Shown piece by piece: positions 8,362-16,737 of a stretch of 64,000 bases of DNA. The translations under genes were made by a program, and so were the position numbers. The notes beneath the pieces are model-generated. The model was not told the DNA's origin and did not search any database. It saw nothing but the letters and a program-made list of their open reading frames with translations. Numbering within the stretch: the stretch's first letter is position 1; each line of letters starts with the position of its first letter. Source of the stretch: Candidatus Saccharimonadota bacterium (GTDB taxonomy: Bacteria > Patescibacteriota > Saccharimonadia > Saccharimonadales > Saccharimonadaceae); contig JAFWKY010000015.1 of assembly GCA_017514105.1 (NCBI GenBank), positions 20,834-84,833 on the forward strand, in the 5' to 3' direction.

Positions 8362-9663
8362 TTAGGCGATAATCCCACCGCCTAGGCAGATTTCTCCGTC
8401 ATACAAAACGGCCGACTGTCCAGACGCCGGACGTTTTATTTTGTTGTCAAAATATAATTTCGTACCATCAAATTTCGCCGGAATCAGTGGCGCCCTATGG
8501 CGTAATCGCACTTTGAGGTCCACTGAACGCCATTCGGGGCCGCGTCGCTCGCTCCCGTCGCCACTGGGCTCGCGCGCTAATTCTCGCGCTGCCGCGCTCC
8601 GAAATGCCCCGAATCGGCATTCAGCGGACCCCCGTATGACTACGTCTTTTAGTTCCAACTCGTCCGTCCAAATATGCTCGTCATTCAAATTTTTAGAAAC
8701 ATACACAATATTGTTCGGTATATCTTTCGCAACCACATAATATGGCAGCCCATCATTTACTTCGCCCTTTACCCCATCCAAGTACAACCCATGCCTCTGT
8801 CCAATCGTATAAAATATGGCACCTTCATGATATCCTAATACTCGTTCTGTCTCCACTTCGCGTATCTCGCCGGGCTTAATATCAATATATTCTTTGAGAA
8901 AATCTTTCATTCCCACTTCGCCCACAAAACACACCCCCATTGACTCCTTTTTGTACGCATTATGAAGTCCCTTTTTCTCGGCATATTTCTTCACTTCTGG
9001 CTTCAGCATGTCGCCAATTGGAAACAGCGTATGCGCCAGCGCCTCTTCAGAAATACGATAAAGGAAATATGTCTGATCCTTATTCTCGTCCACGGCCCTT
9101 GCGAGATTTGCATGGACGGCATTTGAGTCCTGCTCCGGGGTATTTCGGAGCGCGGCAGCGCGAGAGATAGCGCCGTCCGCCCATGGCGATGGGCCGGACG
9201 GACGCGGCCCCGAGCAGGAACTCAATGCCGTCCAAACGACTCTCGCATAGTGTCCCGTCGCGATATAATTAGCGCCTCTTTCCATTGCCTTTTCATAGAA
9301 CAACTTGAATTTTATTTCCTGGTTACACATCACATCCGGATTTGGCGTGTTGCCTTTACGAAACTCATCTAGCATATAATTCACGACTTTGTCGTGATAT
9401 TCCTTTTCAAAATCCCACACCTCAAAATCAATTCCGAGTTTCACAGCAACACGCTTTGCGTCGGCGAGATCTTCTGCCCACGGACACTTCATACCGGGAA
9501 GGTCGCGTGACCAGTTTTTCATATAGACACCGGTCACATCGTACCCCTGCTCCTTGAGCAGCAAAGCGGATACAGCTGAGTCAACCCCTCCACTCATCCC
9601 CACAAAAACCTTCCGGCCTCTACCAGAATGCGACAAAAAAAATATCTTATCAGTCGTCTCCAT
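8362..9663 (-). CDS. mnmA: tRNA 2-thiouridylase MnmA with two in-frame palindromic insertions
   Basis: SGGVDS, TPNPDVMCN, ATGHYA, KDQTYFL, SMGVCF, YTIGQR, GQSAVLY; start reset to 9663 (TATAAT 6 nt upstream). Confidence 0.95.
   Translation of the reverse strand: METTDKIFFLSHSGRGRKVFVGMSGGVDSAVSALLLKEQGYDVTGVYMKNWSRDLPGMKCPWAEDLADAKRVAVKLGIDFEVWDFEKEYHDKVVNYMLDEFRKGNTPNPDVMCNQEIKFKLFYEKAMERGANYIATGHYARVVWTALSSCSGPRPSGPSPWADGAISRAAALRNTPEQDSNAVHANLARAVDENKDQTYFLYRISEEALAHTLFPIGDMLKPEVKKYAEKKGLHNAYKKESMGVCFVGEVGMKDFLKEYIDIKPGEIREVETERVLGYHEGAIFYTIGQRHGLYLDGVKGEVNDGLPYYVVAKDIPNNIVYVSKNLNDEHIWTDELELKDVVIRGSAECRFGAFRSAAARELAREPSGDGSERRGPEWRSVDLKVRLRHRAPLIPAKFDGTKLYFDNKIKRPASGQSAVLYDGEICLGGGIIA
8517..8630 (-). 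repeat. Palindromic element family A, copy 3 (sense in mnmA)
   Basis: Core atttcggagcgcggcagcgcgaga...gacgcggcc on the minus strand; outer stem ggtccgctgaatgcc...ggcgttcagtggacc; encodes FRSAAARELAREPSGDGSERRG. Confidence 0.8.
9113..9234 (+). repeat. Palindromic element family A, copy 2 (antisense in mnmA, frame still open)
   Basis: Core 9139-9209 near-identical to 2428-2498; outer stem tggacggcatttgagtcctgctc...gagcaggaactcaatgccgtcca. Confidence 0.85.
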
Positions 9664-9685
9664 TACAATATTATAACATATAATA

Positions 9686-10381
9686 TTACTTTTGTAGAAG
9701 TAGTAATTTTTTTGCTCCAAATTCCAACAGCTCGTCAAAGTTTAGTTTCTTTTCCTTACGAACTCTACTAAGCTCCTTTCTAAGTTCGTAGTGTTCTGGA
9801 TAACCACTGTCTTTTTTTGCCACTAGATTTTTGGGCGCCTCATTAACTAAAAATGTCATTGATTCACTTAAAATAATAAAATTATCCTCAGACAGCTCCG
9901 AAACACGACTTTTACTGTTTGTTCTCCAGTAACGGTATATTTGCATATGAATTGCCTCGTGTAAAAATACACCAATAATATCATCCCAATGCACACAAAA
10001 ATAAAAGAGATTTTCTTCAGGCGAATATGGAGCTCGTGGAAAAGTTGTTAAAAATATAGTTGTTTTTTCTTCTGAAAAATGTTTGCCAGTTGTTTTCTCA
10101 ATCCACGCACACGCATCTTGAAAATTCGACTTGAGTTTTTTCTCTATTTGTTGCTTTTTTGCTCTGGCTCCATCGTCATAAAGTGATACGACGATGCTCT
10201 TGGCTTCTTCAAGAGCTTTCTCGTCTGACAACTTGGAAATCTGGTTGAATAATTTAAGATAATAGCCAAATAGCCCGTCCGACCACGACTTGCCATAGAA
10301 AGCAGTACTTCTGGTCGCGTCAAACCAGTTTTTTGCATCTTTTTCCGGGCTATATATTACTTGAAACTGCCTGATTTCCAT
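9686..10381 (-). CDS. Putative HEXXH zinc metallopeptidase
   Basis: FLHEAIH motif plus downstream Glu (LSES); AT-rich. Confidence 0.55.
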   Translation of the reverse strand: MEIRQFQVIYSPEKDAKNWFDATRSTAFYGKSWSDGLFGYYLKLFNQISKLSDEKALEEAKSIVVSLYDDGARAKKQQIEKKLKSNFQDACAWIEKTTGKHFSEEKTTIFLTTFPRAPYSPEENLFYFCVHWDDIIGVFLHEAIHMQIYRYWRTNSKSRVSELSEDNFIILSESMTFLVNEAPKNLVAKKDSGYPEHYELRKELSRVRKEKKLNFDELLEFGAKKLLLLQK

Positions 10382-10392
10382 GTTTTAATTAT

Positions 10393-10428
10393 AAAAAATG
10401 CCTCCCGACTTGTCAATCGGAAGGCAAA
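10393..10428 (-). terminator. Intrinsic terminator after the RiPP precursor
   Basis: tgccttccga-ttgacaag-tcgggaggca-tttttt on the minus strand. Confidence 0.65.
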
Positions 10429-10449
10429 TAAGATGAAAAAGTGGCGTAA

Positions 10450-10608
10450 TTAGCCACCTACTCCGCCGCCCTGGCAATCGCAGAAACATGCGCAGTCGCA
10501 AGCAGAACATGCTGAACAGTCCATGCCAGCAACGTGTTTGCGCGCGTTCTTCATGTTCTTAACTTTTGTTGATCCAGTTTTACGGAGCATGGATAAAAAC
10601 TTTGCCAT
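10450..10608 (-). CDS. 52-aa Cys-rich RiPP precursor MAKFLSMLRKTGSTKVKNMKNARKHVAGMDCSACSACDCACFCDCQGGGVGG
   Basis: Hand-translated; SD AAGGAGGTG directly after the rSAM stop; basic leader plus 7-Cys core; terminator follows. Confidence 0.85.
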   Translation of the reverse strand: MAKFLSMLRKTGSTKVKNMKNARKHVAGMDCSACSACDCACFCDCQGGGVGG

Positions 10609-10623
10609 TTGTTTCACCTCCTT

Positions 10624-11682
10624 TCATTCTTCAACGATTCGGTGGCATATTCCAGGATCTAGAACGGTCCAGTTTACGATACAGCCACCACGACAATAAT
10701 CATTCAAATCACAGAAAGTGCATTCTTCTGACGGGTATTTTAGCATTTCCACATACCCACTACGAATGTCATCGCTATTCAAGAGGGCAAGCAATTCTTT
10801 GCCATTTGAAAAATCTTTGCCGATTTTACCCATTTTTACCTCAACCATGCTATTACAGGGCAAAATATATCCATCATTGTCAAAGACAATACCCGAACGA
10901 TTTTGTACATGGCACATATTTTGTATTTGTCCTTCGGAAATCAGTTTTTTAAGGAAATCCTTCGGAAAAACACAAAGCGGTAACCTGGGTTCCAAGACAA
11001 CGCGCCCTTCATAGAGCTCATTCAGTATAGGAAAAATCTTTAAGATCGTCTCTACGAAACTGTCTTTATCAACCATAAACCCATCATTTGCGCAGTTGCC
11101 GTCAATAGTCGCCGAACATCCTCCGAGTTGGAACATTTTTGCGCCCAATTCACGGCATCTAGTCGCGATAAGCAGAAGATCATCGTAGTTGAAAAGATTG
11201 CTGTAGACGATGCTAACGCTAGAGTTTGGAAAGTAGTTTAGAAGTCTTTCTAGACCAATCATTGTCTGGCGATATAACGTCTTTGCGCCCACGATGTTCT
11301 CAAATTGTTGCTCTGTGATGCCTTTGACGGAAATCCCGATGCTTGAAGACGGAGATTTTAAGAATCGTTTCCAATAACGATCGTCTCCAAATAGGCATGC
11401 ATTTGTCACCATGCCACAGCTAACTGATTTTTCTTTGCAATAGTCCGAGAATTCGAAGATATTCTTCCACATTGATGGTTCACCACCAATGAGAATAATA
11501 TGCTTAATTCCGATCTCAACTAAAACATTGAGAATTTTTTTCGCGAGTTCTAGAGACATGTCGTCCTCGATTTTATAATCAGAACATTCAGCGTAGCACC
11601 ATTTGCAACGGAAGTTGCAAGCGCGATTTACGGTAATCCATGCAGTTGACAAGTTCACGTCATAGTTGTAGTATTTATCCAT
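10624..11682 (-). CDS. Radical SAM/SPASM-domain peptide maturase
   Basis: CNFRCKWC, GGEP, SPASM Cys set (MCH...ILPC...CTFC...YCRGGC...C); SD AGGAGG. Confidence 0.9.
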   Translation of the reverse strand: MDKYYNYDVNLSTAWITVNRACNFRCKWCYAECSDYKIEDDMSLELAKKILNVLVEIGIKHIILIGGEPSMWKNIFEFSDYCKEKSVSCGMVTNACLFGDDRYWKRFLKSPSSSIGISVKGITEQQFENIVGAKTLYRQTMIGLERLLNYFPNSSVSIVYSNLFNYDDLLLIATRCRELGAKMFQLGGCSATIDGNCANDGFMVDKDSFVETILKIFPILNELYEGRVVLEPRLPLCVFPKDFLKKLISEGQIQNMCHVQNRSGIVFDNDGYILPCNSMVEVKMGKIGKDFSNGKELLALLNSDDIRSGYVEMLKYPSEECTFCDLNDYCRGGCIVNWTVLDPGICHRIVEE

Positions 11683-11852
11683 ATTTTTTCCTCCTTTTGA
11701 AGATACTATAAGGCTACCTTATCTATCGCTAATTATAACACATAACGTAAAATAGCGCAAATTACGTAAACTTACACAAGTAATTCAGGCATAGCATGTA
11801 GATAATCCCTAAAAGCTAGTCCACACCTAAATTATCATTTCGTCAGTCGGCT

Positions 11853-13142
11853 TTAGCTAGTAACTCTCTCACGCTCGCCGGCGACCACCTCGTTGATGAT
11901 TTTTGCGGCCTCATGAATCTGCTCTTCGGTGTTTGTTTCGCCCATAGTCAAGCGTAGCGAACCTGCAATTTCCTCATCAGACAGCCCAATTGCTGCTAGC
12001 ACATGCGAGCGTACACCTTTAGACGCCGCGCAGGCTGCTCCGGTGGACACGTAAATACCTTTTTCTTCAAGAAGGAACACTAATCGTTCCGCATCTATAC
12101 CATTATAGCATAAAACTACGAAATTGTCAAGCACATGCTTTTTATTGATGAGTTCATAGTCGCGAAGTTCCGAAAGCAAAATCTTCCGCCAATTGGCGTA
12201 TTTTTTGCGGTTACCGTTCAGGTGTTCCTTGGCCTCGGCGATGGCTTTTGCGAAACCTATTACTCCTGGCACGTTCTCTGTACCCGAACGCAGGCCATTC
12301 TCCTGTCCGCCGCCGCGTGTCAGAGGTTGCAATTTTACTCCATGCGCCACATAGAGCGCGCCAACTCCCTTTGGTCCGTAGACTTTTGCTGCATTTAGAG
12401 TTAACAAATCTACGCCGAGTCGCGCCACATTGATATCCAGCAAATTCATTGCTTGTGACGCATCTGAATGTAGATATAATGGCGTCTTTATCCCGCGCTT
12501 TAATCTGTCAAATCTCACATCGCGAATAATCGCAGCGATTTCGGATATCGGCTGGATCACGCCCAATTCGTTGTTCGCAAGCGACACGGAAATCAGCATT
12601 GTCTGGTCGGTGATTTTTGCTTTGAGATCTTCCAAGACGATTCGCCCATTTTTGTCAACGGCAATAGCCTCGCCGCCATACTGCTCCGCCACCTTCCTCA
12701 CCGAATCATGCTCTGTGACGAGATACAGGATTTGGGGGTTGGTCGCGTTCTGCTTTTTCTGAAGCATTAAATGCTGATTTGAATTTTCAACACGTATATT
12801 CCTGACGGACCGGCCAGGTTCGTCCCGTAGGGACGAATCTGTCCGCGTCCCAGTGTATGACGTGCTTGAAAATTCAAGTCTTGCTTCAGAAAAAGCAGAC
12901 GCGACCACGCCAAGCGCCAAGTTATTCGCCTCAGTCGCGCCAGCAGTTATAACGATATCATTCGCCTTCGCGCCAATCGCATGCGCAATTATTGCTTTTG
13001 CATTTTCATAATCAGAAGCCACTTTTTTGGCCGGCAAATATGCTGCCGAAGGATTAAAGAAATCATCAGAAAAATACGGCTTCATCGCCTCAAAAACTCG
13101 CTCAGAAACTGGCGTCGCCGCCGCATGGTCTAGATAAATCAT
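11853..13142 (-). CDS. iscS: Cysteine desulfurase (IscS/NifS type) with an in-frame palindromic insertion
   Basis: IYLDHAAATP, GATEANN, NNELG, AKVYGPKGVG, RSGTEN, STGAAC. Confidence 0.9.
   Translation of the reverse strand: MIYLDHAAATPVSERVFEAMKPYFSDDFFNPSAAYLPAKKVASDYENAKAIIAHAIGAKANDIVITAGATEANNLALGVVASAFSEARLEFSSTSYTGTRTDSSLRDEPGRSVRNIRVENSNQHLMLQKKQNATNPQILYLVTEHDSVRKVAEQYGGEAIAVDKNGRIVLEDLKAKITDQTMLISVSLANNELGVIQPISEIAAIIRDVRFDRLKRGIKTPLYLHSDASQAMNLLDINVARLGVDLLTLNAAKVYGPKGVGALYVAHGVKLQPLTRGGGQENGLRSGTENVPGVIGFAKAIAEAKEHLNGNRKKYANWRKILLSELRDYELINKKHVLDNFVVLCYNGIDAERLVFLLEEKGIYVSTGAACAASKGVRSHVLAAIGLSDEEIAGSLRLTMGETNTEEQIHEAAKIINEVVAGERERVTS
12740..12907 (-). repeat. Palindromic element family B, copy 1 (in frame in iscS)
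   Basis: Outer stem tggtcgcgttctgctttttctgaagca...tgcttcagaaaaagcagacgcgacca; core ~12776-12880 homologous to ~17253-17357. Confidence 0.85.
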
Positions 13143-13204
13143 AACTATATTATAACATATTTCTTAAGAATAAAAAAGCGCTCCGTTTTGGAGCGCGTAG
13201 AAGA

Positions 13205-13678
13205 TTATGACAGCGCAAGGCTGCCTGCGAATGGTCGGTAATCCGGTGGGAAATCAATATCAATATCTTCGTCTCGGTACTGCAGTATCAATTCTAGTTG
13301 ATACAGTTGATATTCTCGCATTGCCATGAGAAGCGACTCCTCACTCGTGTCGCCAATGTAATTATCGGGATTTGCGTCCAGGTATTCCTGTGTTAGCGAA
13401 TCGTAATACTCCTCGTACTCTGCGTATAGAAGCGCAATTTCTAGATAGTGATGTCCAAGACAAGCATCATAGTCGATAATATACTCTTGGCTCATTATCC
13501 AGTTTACCACTGCAGGATTGTCAAAGACATAGCTAAATCCATAAGGATTTACCTTAGTATCCGGAAAAACTTCTTTGCAATTTGCATAGAAATCTCCGCC
13601 GGGATAGAGATCGTGCATTCTGATGAAATACAAATCAATTAGTTGCAAATAAACCTTATCGCCGATTTTAATCTTCAT
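13205..13678 (-). CDS. Hypothetical protein, paralog of 13757-14182
   Basis: SD GGAGGG; shared motifs YLQLID/FLQRID and WIMSQEYIIDYD/WIMQQSWIINYD. Confidence 0.7.
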   Translation of the reverse strand: MKIKIGDKVYLQLIDLYFIRMHDLYPGGDFYANCKEVFPDTKVNPYGFSYVFDNPAVVNWIMSQEYIIDYDACLGHHYLEIALLYAEYEEYYDSLTQEYLDANPDNYIGDTSEESLLMAMREYQLYQLELILQYRDEDIDIDFPPDYRPFAGSLALS

Positions 13679-13756
13679 TTTTTCACCCTCCTAAATTGCA
13701 AGATAAAAATCTCTAAAGAAATTATAACATAAAAAAGGCATCCAGACAAGGACGCC

Positions 13757-14182
13757 TTAGTGGAAGAATTTGAGTTCGCCGGCCTTGTGCCGGATTAATA
13801 ATTCATAGGAATAATTCCTATACATGGCGAGAAGAATTTCCTCGTTCGCTTCTTCCGCAGTCATGCGACCACTTTTGTACCGGAAAAATTCCGTGAAAAG
13901 TGTCACGTCGTTTTTAATTGACTTAGCAATCTTTTCGTACGACAGTTTCTTTACCCTGTCGTAGTTAATAATCCACGACTGTTGCATTATCCACGCAACG
14001 TCTTCCGGAGTGCTGAACCAGCAGTCAAAGACGCAAGCGTCGGCGTCGGTCTTTAATTTGAGACCTTCCACCATCTTTTTGCACCGCCAGTTCAACCCTT
14101 CTGGGACTTTCGTCTCCAGCGCTGCCAGGCAGAGAACATCAATCCTCTGTAGAAAAACAATGCCATCTCTCATTATCTTCAT
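13757..14182 (-). CDS. Hypothetical protein, paralog of 13205-13678
   Basis: SD AGGAGGG before ATG 14182; shared motifs with the neighbouring gene. Confidence 0.7.
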   Translation of the reverse strand: MKIMRDGIVFLQRIDVLCLAALETKVPEGLNWRCKKMVEGLKLKTDADACVFDCWFSTPEDVAWIMQQSWIINYDRVKKLSYEKIAKSIKNDVTLFTEFFRYKSGRMTAEEANEEILLAMYRNYSYELLIRHKAGELKFFH

Positions 14183-14286
14183 AAAGTACACCCTCCTACC
14201 TATATTATACCACAAACATTATAAAAAATCAAGGGTAGCACGATTCAAATCTCTCATGCTATAATTAAAAAAGTTAAGGAGGTCCC

Positions 14287-15756
14287 GTGACAAAAAAGTG
14301 TTTTGATGCAGAAAAGTATCTCGCAATTCAGAAAAAGAAGATAAAACAGCGTATAAGAATGTTCGACAAACTCTATTTGGAGTTCGGCGGCAAACTAATT
14401 GACGACCAACACGCTGCGCGCACCCTCCCAGGCTTCTTTCCTGACCTCAAGATTCGTCTCCTCCAAGAATTCAAAGACGACGCCGAGGTCATTCTTTGTA
14501 TCAACGCCAATGCCATTGAGAAGTCCAAGATTCGCGCCGACCATATGATTTCCTACGAGACCGAAGTTCTGCGTCTAATAGAATTTCTCCGCAGCAAAGG
14601 CCTTTATGTTAGTTCGGTAGTCATTACACTATTTGATGGTCAGAAAAAAGCCAAAGATTTTGCCAACAAATTGCGCGACTACAAGGTAAAGACCTATTTC
14701 CACAAATTCACCAAAGGCTATCCGACTGATGTTGATACTATTGTTAGCGACGAGGGGTATGGCGCCAACCCATACATAGAAACCACCAAACCGCTTGTTG
14801 TAGTTTCTGCTCCGGGTCCTTGTTCTGGCAAACTGGCAACCAGCCTCTCGCAACTCTATCACGAATTCAAACGTGGAGTCAATGCCGGCTATGCGAAATT
14901 TGAGACTTTTCCGGTCTGGTCTTTGCCGCTCAAGCATCCAGTCAACGTCGCCTATGAGGCTGCCACTGCCGACCTAAATGACAAAAACATGATTGACCAT
15001 TTTCATCTTGAGAAATACGGCGTCACAGCGGTAAATTACAACCGCGATCTTGAGACTTTCCCTGTTCTGAAAGAGATTTTGAAACGCATCACCAAGAAAA
15101 CCATCTACTACTCCCCTACCGATATGGGCGTGAATGTTATCGGCGAATGCATCACCGATGACAAGGCCGTCCAACGTGCCGCCAAAGATGAGATTATCCG
15201 TCGCTATTACCGCGCTCTTACCGATCTCAAAAAAGGCGCTGTCTCCGAAGAAGTTCCAGAACGTATCAAACTATTGATGAACGAACTTGGGATTTCCGAA
15301 AGCGAACGCGCAGTGGTCTCTGCCGCCGAAGAAAAACGCGCAAAATCTGGTAATCTCCCTAGCGCTGCCATAGGGCTCGGCCGCAACAAATTTGCTACCG
15401 GCCGCAAAACTGGTTATCTTTCCCCGATCTCAAGCACAATTCTGAATGCTCTCAAAGCAATTAATCGCATCCCGGACGAAGTAGACCTGATCGCTCCGGC
15501 GGTGCTTGAGCCGATTCTCGAAATCAAAAACAAGACCTCCAACTTCCGCGAATCATATCTGAAACTCGGAGAGGTCTTGATAGCGTTATCTATTTGTTCT
15601 GCTACGAACCCGCTCGCCAAAAAGTGTATCGAGAGCCTGGACAAGTTCCAAGACGCACAACTACACTCCACTCACATGATACCGGATGACGAACTAGTTA
15701 TCCTGAGTAACCTCGGGATCGACGCTACTTGCGGGGTGGAAATTGATATTGACTAA
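14287..15756 (+). CDS. DUF1846 family protein
   Basis: KLYLEFGGKL, APGPCSGKLAT, GYAKFETFPVW, YEAATADL, SPTDMGVN. Confidence 0.85.
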   Translation: MTKKCFDAEKYLAIQKKKIKQRIRMFDKLYLEFGGKLIDDQHAARTLPGFFPDLKIRLLQEFKDDAEVILCINANAIEKSKIRADHMISYETEVLRLIEFLRSKGLYVSSVVITLFDGQKKAKDFANKLRDYKVKTYFHKFTKGYPTDVDTIVSDEGYGANPYIETTKPLVVVSAPGPCSGKLATSLSQLYHEFKRGVNAGYAKFETFPVWSLPLKHPVNVAYEAATADLNDKNMIDHFHLEKYGVTAVNYNRDLETFPVLKEILKRITKKTIYYSPTDMGVNVIGECITDDKAVQRAAKDEIIRRYYRALTDLKKGAVSEEVPERIKLLMNELGISESERAVVSAAEEKRAKSGNLPSAAIGLGRNKFATGRKTGYLSPISSTILNALKAINRIPDEVDLIAPAVLEPILEIKNKTSNFRESYLKLGEVLIALSICSATNPLAKKCIESLDKFQDAQLHSTHMIPDDELVILSNLGIDATCGVEIDID

Positions 15757-16233
15757 GTTTTCGCCTTCGCCCGTCGTCAGGGTTAGGATTTTGTCCTCTT
15801 GGTTTAGTTTGTAGCCATACTCGTCGTTTAGTTCGTATAGCCAACTTGTTTCTATCTTCAGAGTTTTGTCGTCAAGTGACCAGATAAAATCATAGTCGTT
15901 TTTATGATTATTGGTGGTGAGTTTGCCTTTGCCGATTTCTGTAAAATCCCAAATCACACCTGGTGCATCTTCGCGTTCCCACGTCCCGACACTTACAATA
16001 AAATCTGCATCACGCACCGCAGGTTTTGCCAGCAAATTCACCAGCATTATCGCGATTCCTGCGGCCAGCGAAAGCAAGCCTATCACAAAAACTATAATAC
16101 CGGCTCGTTTTTTGCCGTTCTTCTTCTCTACTTTAGACTTATTTGGAGATGCCTTTTCGCCTGTGTCTTTTTTCTCCACAGGAGCTTCTTCTGTTTTGGT
16201 TGTGTTTGCCGTAGCCTGAGTTTCTTTATCCAT
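15694..16233 (-). CDS. Single-TM membrane-anchored hypothetical protein
   Basis: Charged N-terminus, TM helix, beta-rich C-terminal domain. Confidence 0.65.
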   Translation of the reverse strand: MDKETQATANTTKTEEAPVEKKDTGEKASPNKSKVEKKNGKKRAGIIVFVIGLLSLAAGIAIMLVNLLAKPAVRDADFIVSVGTWEREDAPGVIWDFTEIGKGKLTTNNHKNDYDFIWSLDDKTLKIETSWLYELNDEYGYKLNQEDKILTLTTGEGENLVNINFHPASSVDPEVTQDN

Positions 16234-16242
16234 AACCTTATT

Positions 16243-16629
16243 CTAGCAATAAAGTTCGGACTTTACAAGTTGCAGGTATCTTTCTACGGCGTTCCGGAAA
16301 TTGTTTAGTTCTATACCGTCTAGTTTTTCAAACTTTCCGTTTGAGGCTTTTTTGAACACGCCGGTAGGGCGAATGTCATATCGCACAGTCATCTCCTGCA
16401 TCACGCCTGCGGCATCTGGAAAACGTTCGTACCAGATCCAGACATTGTCGCGGTCCTTAAAAAACTCACGTTGACGATTGCTTGGAATGGGACCAAAAAC
16501 CGTCCTGCCGAGTTTTGCCTCGTAATCTACCAACTCACCATAAGTCAGTTTATTGGTATATCTCGCAGCGCGTACGCGTTTTGAAGGTCTATTGTTCTTC
16601 CATTCTGCTAACAGTTTCTTAACCGACAT
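16243..16629 (-). CDS. Hypothetical protein
   Basis: SD GGAG, plausible composition. Confidence 0.65.
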   Translation of the reverse strand: MSVKKLLAEWKNNRPSKRVRAARYTNKLTYGELVDYEAKLGRTVFGPIPSNRQREFFKDRDNVWIWYERFPDAAGVMQEMTVRYDIRPTGVFKKASNGKFEKLDGIELNNFRNAVERYLQLVKSELYC

Positions 16630-16737
16630 TTTTCAATCTCCTCTGAAATTTGCAATAGTTCCTGATAAATGGCGGAATTACCGTCATCGGCGGCTACATT
16701 ATAATCAAAATCAATGCTTCTATTAAAAGCGGGCATA

